Source: Selaginella moellendorffii (lineage: Eukaryota > Plantae > Lycopodiophyta). Taken from it: a stretch of DNA of 64,000 nucleotides. The position numbers and the translations under genes are program-made. The stretch is taken from contig NW_003314262.1 in NCBI RefSeq assembly GCF_000143415.4, positions 1,787,960-1,851,959 on the forward strand. Direction: 5' to 3'. This document shows, in pieces, positions 47,601-58,967 of the stretch (position 1 is the stretch's first letter; the number at the start of each line of letters is the position of its first letter). The notes below the pieces were generated by a model, which ran no database searches, was not told the DNA's origin, and worked only from the letters and a program-made list of their open reading frames with translations.

Positions 47601-50600
47601 CATTTAATCTGAGCAACTGTCTGAAAGATATTGTGTCTTCGGCTTTAAGTTCGAAACCAACAATCTGAGATATCTTTTCAAAGTGCCTAGCTCGAAGACC
47701 TGCACATTTATTAGTAGGTGCAAAACACGAGAGTCATCCGTCAAATACCTGGATTACAAAGACAGCGAAGAAGAGGAAACGTTTCTTTGAACTTCTCCAT
47801 CTGTGCTTTGACAGCACTGGCAACCCTTCCCGGTTCCGGATAGTCTTCACCAAATTGCTTTACAAGCTTGAAAATTACTCGAAACATTGTCGAAACCTGG
47901 AAAGGAACCAAAGGTCAGAAAGGTGCATTTTTTGTTTAAATGATGCCCCACCTCTCCCTCAATTTTCTCAGTATCCAGCGAGAAGAATGGTGCGCTCATC
48001 CATTCCTCTTCAAGTCTTTTAAAATTGGCTCCGACAGTCCACAACTTGAAAAACGGATCCAGGGCGGTAATCATCTGTTGTATCTGCGTGAACTTCGTTG
48101 GTGGTACGCCAAAAAGGGTTTCCTCGGCATTTAAAGCCTCGGAGGTCTCCAGAGCTGCTTGTAATCCATTGTTCAGGTTCTACAGGGAAAATAGTCATAC
48201 TAAGAATGCCAGATACAAAGCAGACAACTAGCATACGGTAACATCATCGGAGATAGCTTCAATCTTATCGAGGTCGGCAATTGTGATATAGCTTTTTACT
48301 CGCACATCAAGACTGCAGCACGAGTGTTAAAGTTTACATAGTCAAAAGAAAAACAAGCGTTGATACGAACCTTTCCAACAATGCAAAAAAGTCGATACGG
48401 CGCTGCTTAAGTTGTGTTTCGTAGTGCTCGTACTCTTCAGTAATTCTTTTAGTATGCACGTCGATCACAGCCCGAACTCTTTTCGGCCATTCATATGCGA
48501 TCAACATCGTCCGAAATTCGGTTTCAGGAATATTTAGCTGGTAGCGGTCTAGAAAGTCTTCTCGTTGCCTGTTCTCTCCTAGGATTCTCTCTAAAACTGA
48601 AAGCTCGGTGGGAGACGCAGCAAGAAACCTGGTTGCAAAAATGAGCTAGAAACATCGTCAAAACTAAAATTATCTTACTTTCGCAAGTAGACAGCTTCTT
48701 CGGAATTTGTGGGAATTTTTATGATCTCTCTGGCAATGTGCTCCATGCGTTCGAGCACATTTGTATTAGCAGCATGCATAAATGCGAGTACCTACATTGC
48801 ATCTTGAGTGATTGTATAAAATCACAAAAGCCATACCTGCTCTTTTAACAGTAGTGCAATATATCTCGCCTTCTTTATCAAGATATCTTTGTACTCCTTG
48901 CACTTCACCCGCACAATGCCACAGTCCACTACGTTTGCGCTTGTAGCCTCAATCTGAATTTCCTTCTCGCTGAACTGTTTAAGAACCTCTTCATACTCTT
49001 GAATCGGTTTTTCTTGGGCCTTAAATTCTTGGGCAAATGCTTGTGCTGACATGTTTGCAAGAGCTTCAAAAGGCACATACTTGTCCATAAGCTCTTTAGG
49101 ATAGTTAACATTTGATTGCACTACCTGCAAGCATATCAGAACTTGAGAAAAACTTGGGCTTTATAAACAATTCATATATTAGAGCAAGGAAATGAGAAAG
49201 CACCTGCCTTATGTGGCCTTTGGCAACTCCAACAAGCTCGTCATCCACAGCCATGCTCGACAATAAGCGTCGTGATGGCTCTAAATCTTCAGCATCGACA
49301 CGATGAACACCAGCGCTTTGAGCCACTGCGTATTCTAGTACTTCCACAAGGCCGAGTTCTAGCGCGTCGTAAGACGGCTCGACTCTGCCATATAGTAGAT
49401 TAAAGCCAAAAGTTTTGAGCTCATGCTGAGAGTAACATACCTGTAGACATTTTTCTCAAACTTTAGAGTCGTGTAAAACGGAGGAGTAGCTTTGAGTGTC
49501 GCCTCGGAAGGCATGTCTTTCCCATACTGAGCCCGGAACAGCTCCTTGAATCTCTGCAGTCGCGGAGTCAGTTTATGATGAACAGTCATAATACTCTCGC
49601 GTGGAATCTCGTAGATTTCCCCCTTATAAACGTCGATGAAACGAACAAAGTTGACAACAGAATCCTCCACCAGCCTTCTGATTTGATTCGACATAAGAAC
49701 TGCCATGGCTTCGTAAAAGCCGATGAGATCAGTGTTGGGAGGAATAGGAACTGCCTGCTCCAACACGGACGAAGCCGTAGATAACCACTCGGTGTCTAGC
49801 GACTCCCTCACGGCTCCAGCACACTGCTTACCCCGTTCGATAAAGTCGTCTAGCTCATAAGGTGCTCCAGCAAAGAACTCAGGTGTTGTTGTGTCGATGA
49901 GAAACTTTGCTGCATATAAATCCTGCCAGAGAAATGCTAGCTCCAAAGCCTGTGGATTGAGTTTGTGCAAGGTTCCAGAGACCCCGCCGTGTGCGCTTAA
50001 GACAGCCTCCCTCCATTCTGCTGACAAAATCTGTATAGTCCGCGTCTTCCCAATAAACCCGGTCGTGACCACTTCGAGAATCTGCTCGATCTCAGTAAGT
50101 CCCAGTCGTATTCTCTCCTTCTCGTCCTGCAAGACGTGGACTTGAAACGTAAATCACGAGTGCAAAAACGTTTCACAGGTGAGTTAGTGTTCCACTGTAA
50201 ACAAAGTTGTAAGGTTTGGAATATCTATACGAAAAGCAAAGAAAACGAACCTGTAATACGTAATCCACAATGGCTTTCCGCATGCTCAAGAGGTACTCAT
50301 GCTGAACCTCTTCAAGAACCCGCCGCAAAGTAGCTTGAATAACCCGTTCTGAGAGCCCCCTCTTGACGTACTTCCCCACCATATCAACCGCGCGTTTTGT
50401 CCACCTCTCTCTTATCGGAGCGATAAAACGCTCGTCCACGCCACTCTCAACGTAGAACTGGTACCTCAAGATATCTTCAGCCACTTTCATCATGTTTGGC
50501 GGAATCGGAGGAGCACTGACGGCCAAAGTATGCATACTTCGAGGACTCTCCACCACCCTCGGGTTGAGCTGCCCAAGATTGATCAAACCAATGGGCTTAA

Positions 50601-51523
50601 GAGCTGGAGTATTCCTCTTGAGAGAAGATATCCTGGATTCTTCTTCTTCTTCGTCTTCTGTTAAGTAAGGAGTGAAAACCGGAGAGCCAACTAGACCTTT
50701 GGACTTTCGTCTCCGTGGAGGACTTGGCACTGGTGGATACGAAGGCAGCGTGTACTCAAAGTAAGGAGAGTCCAGCGCTGGATCATAGCACCTGTTATAA
50801 TGCGCTGGCCTCGTGTCCGAGTTCTTCCAAGCAGGCCTCTTCACAGTAGGAAATACTGGCTTCTCGTAAGAAGTTGAAGTCAATTGCCTGCTCTCCATGA
50901 TCTTCTCGGAAGCACGCATTTCACTCATCTCCATGGTTTCCGGACTGCAAGATCATATATGAGCTACAGTTCTACGAACAAGTATAGATGGTCTTGCCTG
51001 AAGTAAACTCCGATTCGATTGGAAGGTGCTCGACAGTAAACCCTTTGGTTGATTCCAGCAGGTATAGATTTCGTAAACAAAGATTCTGGGCTCAAAAGTG
51101 GAGGCAAATCCGACATTCTCATCCCCATCTAGAATGGACAATAAGAAGTGAATGACATAGACTCCAACGAAAAACATACCAATTTTCTCTTCTTCACAGC
51201 TTCTTCCAGCTGCTGAAAGTAATCGGGCTCATCCTCAGCCTCCATGAGCTGCAAAGAAAAAAAAAGAGATTGTGACCAAGAACAGCTAAAACTCTATAGT
51301 CACTTACAGGTCTTTTAGCTGGAGTCACTGCTACTGGAGGAGGCTTGTCGACGATCTCCTCTTCATCCTTGCCCCTGCTAGCTTCCTCCCTCCAAAGCGA
51401 GGCTCGCCTCAGCGATATTGTGGCCCGCTGCTTCCACAGCGAACCCCCGCGGCTGGCTCGCGGATCCTGGCTCAACTCCGGGCCCTTGGCCACCTCGGCC
51501 GCCAATGCTGGATCAGCACTCAT
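35681..51523 (-). CDS. Axonemal inner-arm dynein heavy chain (DNAH7/DNAH3/DNAH12-like), many short introns
   Basis: P-loops [35 protein letters not shown]. Also [32 protein letters not shown], stalk and C-terminal [10 protein letters not shown]...[10 protein letters not shown]. Start codon assignment is tentative. Confidence 0.95.
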
Positions 51524-51574
51524 CCTGGAAGCGCGTAGAATCTCTCTGTCGATCCCCCGAGAGCGCGCGATTCC

Positions 51575-51850
51575 ACTAAACCCTAGATGTCGATCGATGC
51601 AGCTAGACCCGGAGAATGAGCGCGATCACGCGATCGCACAAGGGAGGAGCAAAGATTTCTTCCAGAATTCCTGCCCTAGTCCCTAGTCCTCAACGGATCC
51701 GGCTGGATCCGCTGATTCAAGAGAACCAGACAGTTGGAAATGTGAACCATTTCTAATCTCGCGCAATCCCAACCGTCCGTTGCCCAGAGCCCATCCCTGC
51801 CGTCCAAACCTTTTAGCATTGAGAAGGATATTCGTTTCATAGGGTTAGGG
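51575..51850. promoter_or_regulatory. Short divergent promoter between the dynein gene and RPL15, with telo-box-like motifs
   Basis: AAACCCTAG at ~51578 and TAGGGTTAGGG at ~51840; about 370 bp between the divergent ATGs. Confidence 0.55.
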
Positions 51851-51896
51851 CTTTAGCCGTCGGCTGGTTTGGAAGAGGAGCTGCGCCTTCGCGCCG

Positions 51897-52708
51897 ATGG
51901 GTAAGCGTTGCTCGATCAGCTCAGGCGCTCGCATTTCTCTCGCGGCTGATCGCATTCCTTCCTCTCTCTCCAGGTGCCTACAAATACATCGAGGAGCTAT
52001 GGCGGAAGAAGCAATCCGATGTGATGCGCTTCCTGATGCGCGTCCGCTGCTGGGAGTATCGCCAGCTCCCCGGAATCGTCCGTATCCAGCGCCCGACGCG
52101 CCCTGACAAGGCTCGTCGCCTGGGATTCAAGGCCAAGCAGGTAAAATTTCTCCTTTCTTCGTGTGTGCTAGCTCTTTGATCGTTTCGTGCTCGAATCCTC
52201 ACAGGGATACGTTGTCTACCGTGTCCGTGTGCGTCGCGGGGGCCGAAAGAGGCCAGTTTCCAAGGGAATTGTCTATGGAAAGCCCAAGAACCAGGGTATC
52301 ACCCAGCTCAAGTTCCAGAGAAACTTGAGATCCGTGGCCGAGGAACGTGCTGGGCGCAAGCTGGGCAATCTCCGCGTCCTCAACTCCTACTGGATCAACC
52401 AGGTACTGCTAGACTCTTCCGATTCTTGCAGCTCTAATACTGTGGAGAACTTTGGATTCCAGGACTCAACTTACAAGTACTTTGAGATCATCCTCATCGA
52501 CCCAATGCACACCGCGATTCGCAAGGACCCAAGGATCAACTGGATCTGCCAGCCGGTTCACAAGCATCGCGAGCTGCGCGGGATCACGTCCGCCGGTCGC
52601 AAGCACCGCGGATTGCGAGGGAAGGGTCACAGGAATCACAAGAACCGCCCATCGATCCGTGCTACCTGGAAGCGCAACAACACTCTCTCCCTCCGGCGCT
52701 ACCGATAG
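51897..52708 (+). CDS. RPL15: 60S ribosomal protein L15 (eL15). Exons 51897-51900, 51974-52140, 52206-52402, 52463-52708
   Basis: [32 protein letters not shown]...[18 protein letters not shown]...LSLRRYR. Confidence 0.97.
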
Positions 52709-53050
52709 AGAAGAAACATCGAACGAAAGAGCTCTTCGATCATATGGGTCGATCCTTCTCTCTTTTTTGGTTCCTGGAGTTCATCAAAAGCTACTTTCTA
52801 AAAGTTTCTCTATAGATTTTGTTAGATCCATCGCTGCCGTTAATTGGATTTTGTCAGATCCATTGCTACCGTTGATTGTTTTGGGCTCATCGTGGCCGTT
52901 GCTCTTGGCGCCAAGCCAAGTGTTAGAAAATCTTGGCGGTGGATCTCCAGTGAACCGCAATTTACCTCCATCTCATCCCAAGAGCCATGGAGCGATGGCG
53001 CAGCAGGGCATTAGGGAAATCTTTCCGCGGCAGCGGCAGTGGCGGCAGCG

Positions 53051-55023
53051 ATGGAGGTGGATCTCACCGACATGGAGGTCTCGGACAACGAAGGCGAAGG
53101 GCCTGAATCCAGCGGCGCGCTTGGGGTTGCATCGTCAACGCTCAAGCCGGTAGTGGAGCTCGTCATGGCGCCCGTGGAGGCGCTGGAATCCGTGAATTCG
53201 GCGTCCACGTCGGGGAAATCCAAGGATGGGACGCCGTCGCAGAAGGAGATTCTTGTGGAGGTGAAGAGCCAGGAGAATCGAGACGATGATTCTTCGCTGA
53301 GGCCGGTCATGGTGGATTTGCAGCAGATGAGGCCGTTGCCGTATCGAGGAGGATTTTTGGACAAGAGAAATGGTACGTTTTTAGTTTTTCTTTGTTGCTA
53401 TCTTGTGCGTGTATTCTAGAACCAACCTATAGCTCATTCGTGATCCATCTTTAGTGAAGCTTGCTCTTCCATTCACATAGTTTAGAGTCTTCATCCTGAG
53501 CTTCAGAAACTCTGGTAAAAGTTTGTGTTCTTAGTATCGTTTTGAGTGTAATGCCTTTTGCTATCCATATAGTTTTGTGTTGTGACCGTGCATGCTATCC
53601 ATATGGTTTTGCGTTGTGATTATAGTGTGATGGGCTAACATGAAAAACATCTTCAGGCACCAAGTACCTCCATGCTGGAATGCAGACGGACAGAAAGCCA
53701 AAGCCCAAGAAGAACATCCAAATGTTTAGCCGAACCACTCAGAAGTGCTTGATGAGGAACCAAAACTGGAACACTATCCGGGAGACCTTCACTCAGATGG
53801 ATCGCAGGGACCTTATTCTGGACTGGAGCAGAGACTATGCTCGTGTTCCGGGAAGATATGTTGATTCTATTGAATGGGAACAGATTCGTCGTCGGGCTTC
53901 CATCGTTATTCAAAAGTACACTCGGAGGTGGATCGCCCAACGAAACGCTGACAGGATACGAGGGTTTGTCAAGTCCAGGCTTGAGGTTTGCTTTCAGGGC
54001 CAAGGCTTCATTCGGAACTTGATAAGAGCTGACGTTGCTCTCTCCAGTTTTTCGAAGACCAAGAGAAGACTCAGAAGGTCCAAGAAGAAGACGCTTTGCA
54101 GCGTGAAATTGAGAGAAGAATGTGTCCACGGACTAGTGCAGACTTTGCCATCCTCTATGAGGAGCTCGAGGCATGGAGAGTCCAGGTAAGGCTTTTTAGT
54201 GAATTTTTTTTCTTTTTAATTTACTCACACGTTTTCTCGTGTTTTGCAGGAAATGGAGAAGCTTAATGCATGCAATTATGGCTACAATGAACGGGTGAAC
54301 GCACTCCGGGAGCTCTTAACTAAGGTTAGTCACAGAAGAGAGAAAAAATATAGATTTGATGTCTATCGTGTGATTCTTGCAGGAATTGAAGCTCTTGACT
54401 GCAATTGATAAGCTGAGAGCTACTGCCGCGAAGGCAAATCGAAAGGATCGGATCAAAAGAACCATGCTAAAGATGTGTGCTCCCAAAGTCTGGGAACTCA
54501 CTAATGGCAAGACGGTGCAAGTTCGGACTCCTGCTACAGCTCGTGCGTCGGACTTGATGCATGTAAAGTATCAACCTCTGCTGATTTCTTTCTTTTTCTT
54601 TCTCATTGGAATGACTTTCTTGTGCACAGCTTTACACAGCTCTAGGAAAGGAGGTCACTAACATCGACGAGAGAATGGCTGTCCTTGGATACGTCAAGTG
54701 GACTGTACAAGAGTTTACGAATCCTCTCACGAAGGAGATCTTGCTACTGATAGAGAGAGAGGCGGACCTTATGTATAGGAACCGGCCAGCTAAGTCGCTT
54801 GTTGGTCTCCGGCATCGCATTCTCGCACTCTTTCTTCACGTAAGTCACTCACGCTACACTACTTGCCGTTCTCACAAACGCTTTGCTACAGTTTATCGAG
54901 ACCCCCGAGTTTAATCCAGAGGCAGCCGCACACCAGTACGTACACAACGACTATGATTTCAAGCAGAAGCAATCCATGCTCCGGAGGGATCAACCGCTAG
55001 AGCTGAGCCAAAAAGCCTCGTAG
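53051..55023 (+). CDS. IQUB: IQ and ubiquitin-like domain-containing protein (radial spoke FAP253/IQUB homolog), multi-exon
   Basis: PYRGGFLDKRNG, RETFTQM, IQ motif IQKYTRRWIA, DFAILYEELEAWR, ELKLLTAIDKLR, VKWTVQEF..LTKEILLLIEREADL, FIETPEFNPEAA; stop 55021-55023. Confidence 0.85.
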
Positions 55024-55072
55024 ACACTGCCTTGAAGGAGCTGGAAGTTCTTCGTCTCCGGCCACGCGGTAG

Positions 55073-56629
55073 CTATTTCTCTATCAACTGGTTCAGGGTC
55101 TCCATGACAAAGTCAGTAAAGGCACGCTGTTCTCGGGCTTCTCGAAGCACAGCCATGGCGCTCAGCCGGGTGAAAAACTCACGCTGGAACTCGAGCTCGA
55201 TCTGGGACAACGAGGGATCTGGAATGGCAGCGTCGCCAGAAGGCCGATCAAGGCATGTTGGTCGCCAAGAAAGTGGAAAAAGGGATGGAGAACGTAGCGC
55301 CGCCATTACATCTATCCGTTGGATAAATCTTACAAGTTAGTTGATAAAGTACTTCAGCTGAAAAGCTTTACCATGGAAAACAAGCAGAGATGTCGATTTC
55401 GATTTATAGCTCGCCATTGCCACCTCACTTCCTTGCAAACAAAACCAAAACTTATAGAAAGTCCTCCTTTCATTTTTATTCCTTTTTCTTTGGCCTCAAA
55501 AACGACCGACAAATTAAAAGACAACATCAAACATAAGAGCTCGTCCTGTTCTCGAGTGGACCGGGCGTCTTTTAGGAGTCCTGTGAATCCAGCATTGCGA
55601 GCACGCATTTCCCTGGAGAAAATTCGTGTATGAAACAGAAATTTCCTGGAGCAAATGCTTCAGTACGGGCAAATGCGAGTGAGGTCCGCTCAGGCATGTA
55701 ATCATTCATAAGAACAGATCATAGCATGAAGAGAAAAACTTCCGTACAAAGAGGCCGTGACGTGGCGCGCTGGCCGCCGATAGTTGACTTAAAGCTTGCG
55801 TGGCGAAAGATTACAAGTCAAACTAGTCAACCGTAAAATTACACGCAGAGAGTTGCCACTGTCGAGATTCCAAACAAGAGCACGAAGCCAGACAATCTCC
55901 TGTGCTTCCGGAAGAAGCATTTCTCGGCTGTCACCCGAAAAAAAAAAATTGTTTATTCTACCGCAAAGCTTTCGCAATGTTCAAAAAGAAGAAAACACAC
56001 TTGCCTGTTGCTATCATCGCCGCCAAGCAAGTCCAAATCGCCACAAGTTTCTCACTGCTCACAGCTCCTCTGAAAGCCAAAGCTCACGAAACTATATAAG
56101 AATGGAGACCAAAAACAAACAGCAAAGAAACTTACAAGCTCACGAACACGGCGGCGGTGGCGAGGAAGCAAACGAGGCCGAGTCCAACTCCATAGAATTC
56201 GATCCCCAGCTTGTCACCATCTTTCCTCATCCATGCCGCGATACAGTATCCCAGATGGAAAGCCGAGAATGCAAGCAGCACTCTCGCAGCGACGAGGGAC
56301 GAGTGCTTCTCTCCACTGTTGTTGTTGTCTCCGTGACCACGCCAGCCCCTTCGGTTGCTTCCATCGTCATTGTTGTTGTTGCCGGATCCCCAATCGTTGC
56401 TACTGGTGCTGCAAATCTCCCCCGGCTGCTGGAAGCGCCGGAATCGCCCACCTGGAGTGAACTCCAGAACTGCGCTCGGCAGCTCTCGGATCACAGCAGG
56501 GAAAAACTCTGGCGAAGTGTCGTCTTCTCTGAAGCAAAGCACCGAAGGATGGCGGTGGCGAGAAGCTCTTGCGTTTGCTCTCGGGAGAAGCGAGCACGTC
56601 CTGGCGAAACTGGACAACGAGAGCATCAT
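55073..56629 (-). CDS. Hypothetical multi-exon membrane protein with a Ser/Arg-rich transit-peptide-like N-terminus
   Basis: ORF 56132-56629 has a transit-like start, a G/N-rich linker and two hydrophobic segments, and ends at a GTAAG donor. Downstream coding-like blocks run to the stop at 55073. Confidence 0.5.
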
Positions 56630-57686
56630 TCTCTTCTGCTGCCGCGCAGAGAGCTCGATCGCAATGCCCTGCCGGATGCTCTGCTTTTAATGTACCACGG
56701 AGAAACTGGCGTGCTCAGTGCGTACTCTGCTCCTGAGAGAGACAAACTCTAGAAAGACATGTAAGGCACTGCTTTACGAAACCAGAAACAGGAAACCGGA
56801 GAAAGAAAACTAAAACAAACAAGAGGAAGAAAAGCACCACTTACACAGATGATCCATCCGAAGTTGACATGGAACTTGAAGGCCATCACGCTGGCGGTGT
56901 GACGAATCTACCCGAAATGCTCCATGACGCTTGGCCATCGCTCCACAATCTTCTGGTACATATACAGCTCTCATGCCAGGCGCATGGCGAGCAAAGTATC
57001 GCAAGCTTCCGTGGAGGAAAACTTTGATGGCGCGGTACCATGAAAACACCACTTCCATCAATCCGTTTTGCAACGCTCATCAGGACACCGGGAAGGTGCT
57101 TCATCGCAACGGCACTGCTGAGAGCGACACTGTAGAGACTAGAATTCACACGAAAGTTACCCCGTGTTGTGTAGTTTCCCGGCAGTAAACTTGGTCTGTA
57201 CGTAATGCCGGTTTTCTCGAAGAGTTTCTTCCTTGACACTTCTCTCGATGACCTTTTGCGCTTTCATCGGATGCACGACCTTTAGACTAAGCCAAACCGT
57301 GAGACAAGCAACACTAAGATCGAGAAAACTTTAAAAAGACAAAGAAACTACGGATATTGTTTGTAAGTTTTGTTTGAGCCTCCCCGAAAAACAAAAGAAA
57401 AAAAAATTGCATGCGTCAATAACTACTTGCGCATCGAGACCACACCGTGCAGGCACAAGAAAATCGTGAGAGAACATCAGTGTTAAAGCTTACATGCTTT
57501 CACATGTCCTTTGTTATTTTTCGTCCAGGCCAACCGAAGGTTCTAAGAATTCTTAGTGATCAAACAGTCAAGAAGAGAAATAAACACACAAATCGCTCAA
57601 GCTTTTGCTCAGAATGTGGCTCTCAATGATACGCATATTTTGCGGCATACCGGTGGATCTAAAACCCTAAGCTAGTTTCGAAAAGG

Positions 57687-58448
57687 TCAATTGGATGGAT
57701 ATTCGCTTTTCCCTGGCAGCAAATCCACTGGAAAGCTCTTTGGAGCGATGGTCAGCTCTCCCAGCTTCTCGGCCTCCACCGCCAGGCGATTGAATCGCGT
57801 CTCGGCGATGACGAGCGCGCGGATGGATCCGCTGCGCAGCGTCACGACTGGGATCTGCGTGGAGAAGCACTCGTCGATCGTCAGCTCCTCCAGCGCCGGG
57901 CAGCACGCCACGAATCTCTCCAGATCGTCGCCGTGGAAGATCACATTGGCGAAGCGGCATTTCTTGAGCTCCGGGAAGCGGCAGCCCTGGGGGATTCCAT
58001 CGAAGTACCCAAACTCGAGCGAGAGGGAGGAGAGCCTGGCGCATCTGGAGAGAGAGGGGAGGAGCTCCGAGAAGGCACAGCCCTTGTTGCTGAGCTTGAG
58101 CTCGCGGACGCTGGCGCTAACGTGCTGGATCCACAGCTGGACGGCATTCTCGCACAAGCAGACGAGCGATGGCTCCGTGGGCGAGAATCGCAGCGATAGC
58201 TCGCCGATGCCGCCGCCCTGGACCCTGGAGATGGCCGCCCAGACGATCTTCTCGGCGTCGAGCGACCTCACCACGCAATCCTGCTTCCACGACTTGGGGA
58301 AGTCGAAATGCAGAGCCGGGACGCGCGCCGTCCAGCGCCGCCAGTCCCGCGCCACGGCCGAGCAGCGCAGCAGCGCCTTGGCGTCCCTGATCTTGGACAG
58401 AATGCTGTCGACGATGAGATCGTCGGGGAGAGATTGGAAATCAGCCAT
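57687..58448 (-). CDS. F-box/LRR (RNI-like) protein; may continue by splicing towards ~56800-57240
   Basis: N-terminal FQSLPDDLIVDSILSKI...LLRCSAVARDWRRW F-box; LRR-like FPELKKCRF, CPALEELTIDEC. Confidence 0.82.
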   Translation of the reverse strand: MADFQSLPDDLIVDSILSKIRDAKALLRCSAVARDWRRWTARVPALHFDFPKSWKQDCVVRSLDAEKIVWAAISRVQGGGIGELSLRFSPTEPSLVCLCENAVQLWIQHVSASVRELKLSNKGCAFSELLPSLSRCARLSSLSLEFGYFDGIPQGCRFPELKKCRFANVIFHGDDLERFVACCPALEELTIDECFSTQIPVVTLRSGSIRALVIAETRFNRLAVEAEKLGELTIAPKSFPVDLLPGKSEYPSN

Positions 58449-58967
58449 GAGAGATCTAAGAACTAGTAATCCAAAGAGTCTTGCAAGAACAAGATCACAC
58501 TCTGTTCGTGGGAAATTTATAGTACCATTGGGCCCTATCGCGATGGGCCACTGCCAGTGTCGTACGAGTACGTCAAAACTAGCTTATGGTTACTCATCCC
58601 CGAGGTCCTGAGTTTTATGGTACTAGCCCACGTGCCCCACGGCCCCCTTCTAGAAGCTGGTCCATGTGCCATGGAGCCCTAAACCCCTGGTTGACCTAAT
58701 TTTAAGGTTAGCCACTTCGATCTAAGTACCTGGCCCGAGAATGATGCGTTGGAACTAATGGACAGTCTCCCTAGTGACATACATCTCATAAAACACTGTC
58801 TTCTGGTGAGCGAACTCCATACTCTGTGAACGAGAAGCCACCATCGCTTCTTTCTTTTTTCCAGGCTCATCCGGCATTGTGAAATATTAATAAGACTTCA
58901 ATGATTACATCATATGAAATTTTTTCACAAACGTAATTTTCGCAACCTCTTTGCTAGGGTTTTTGGC

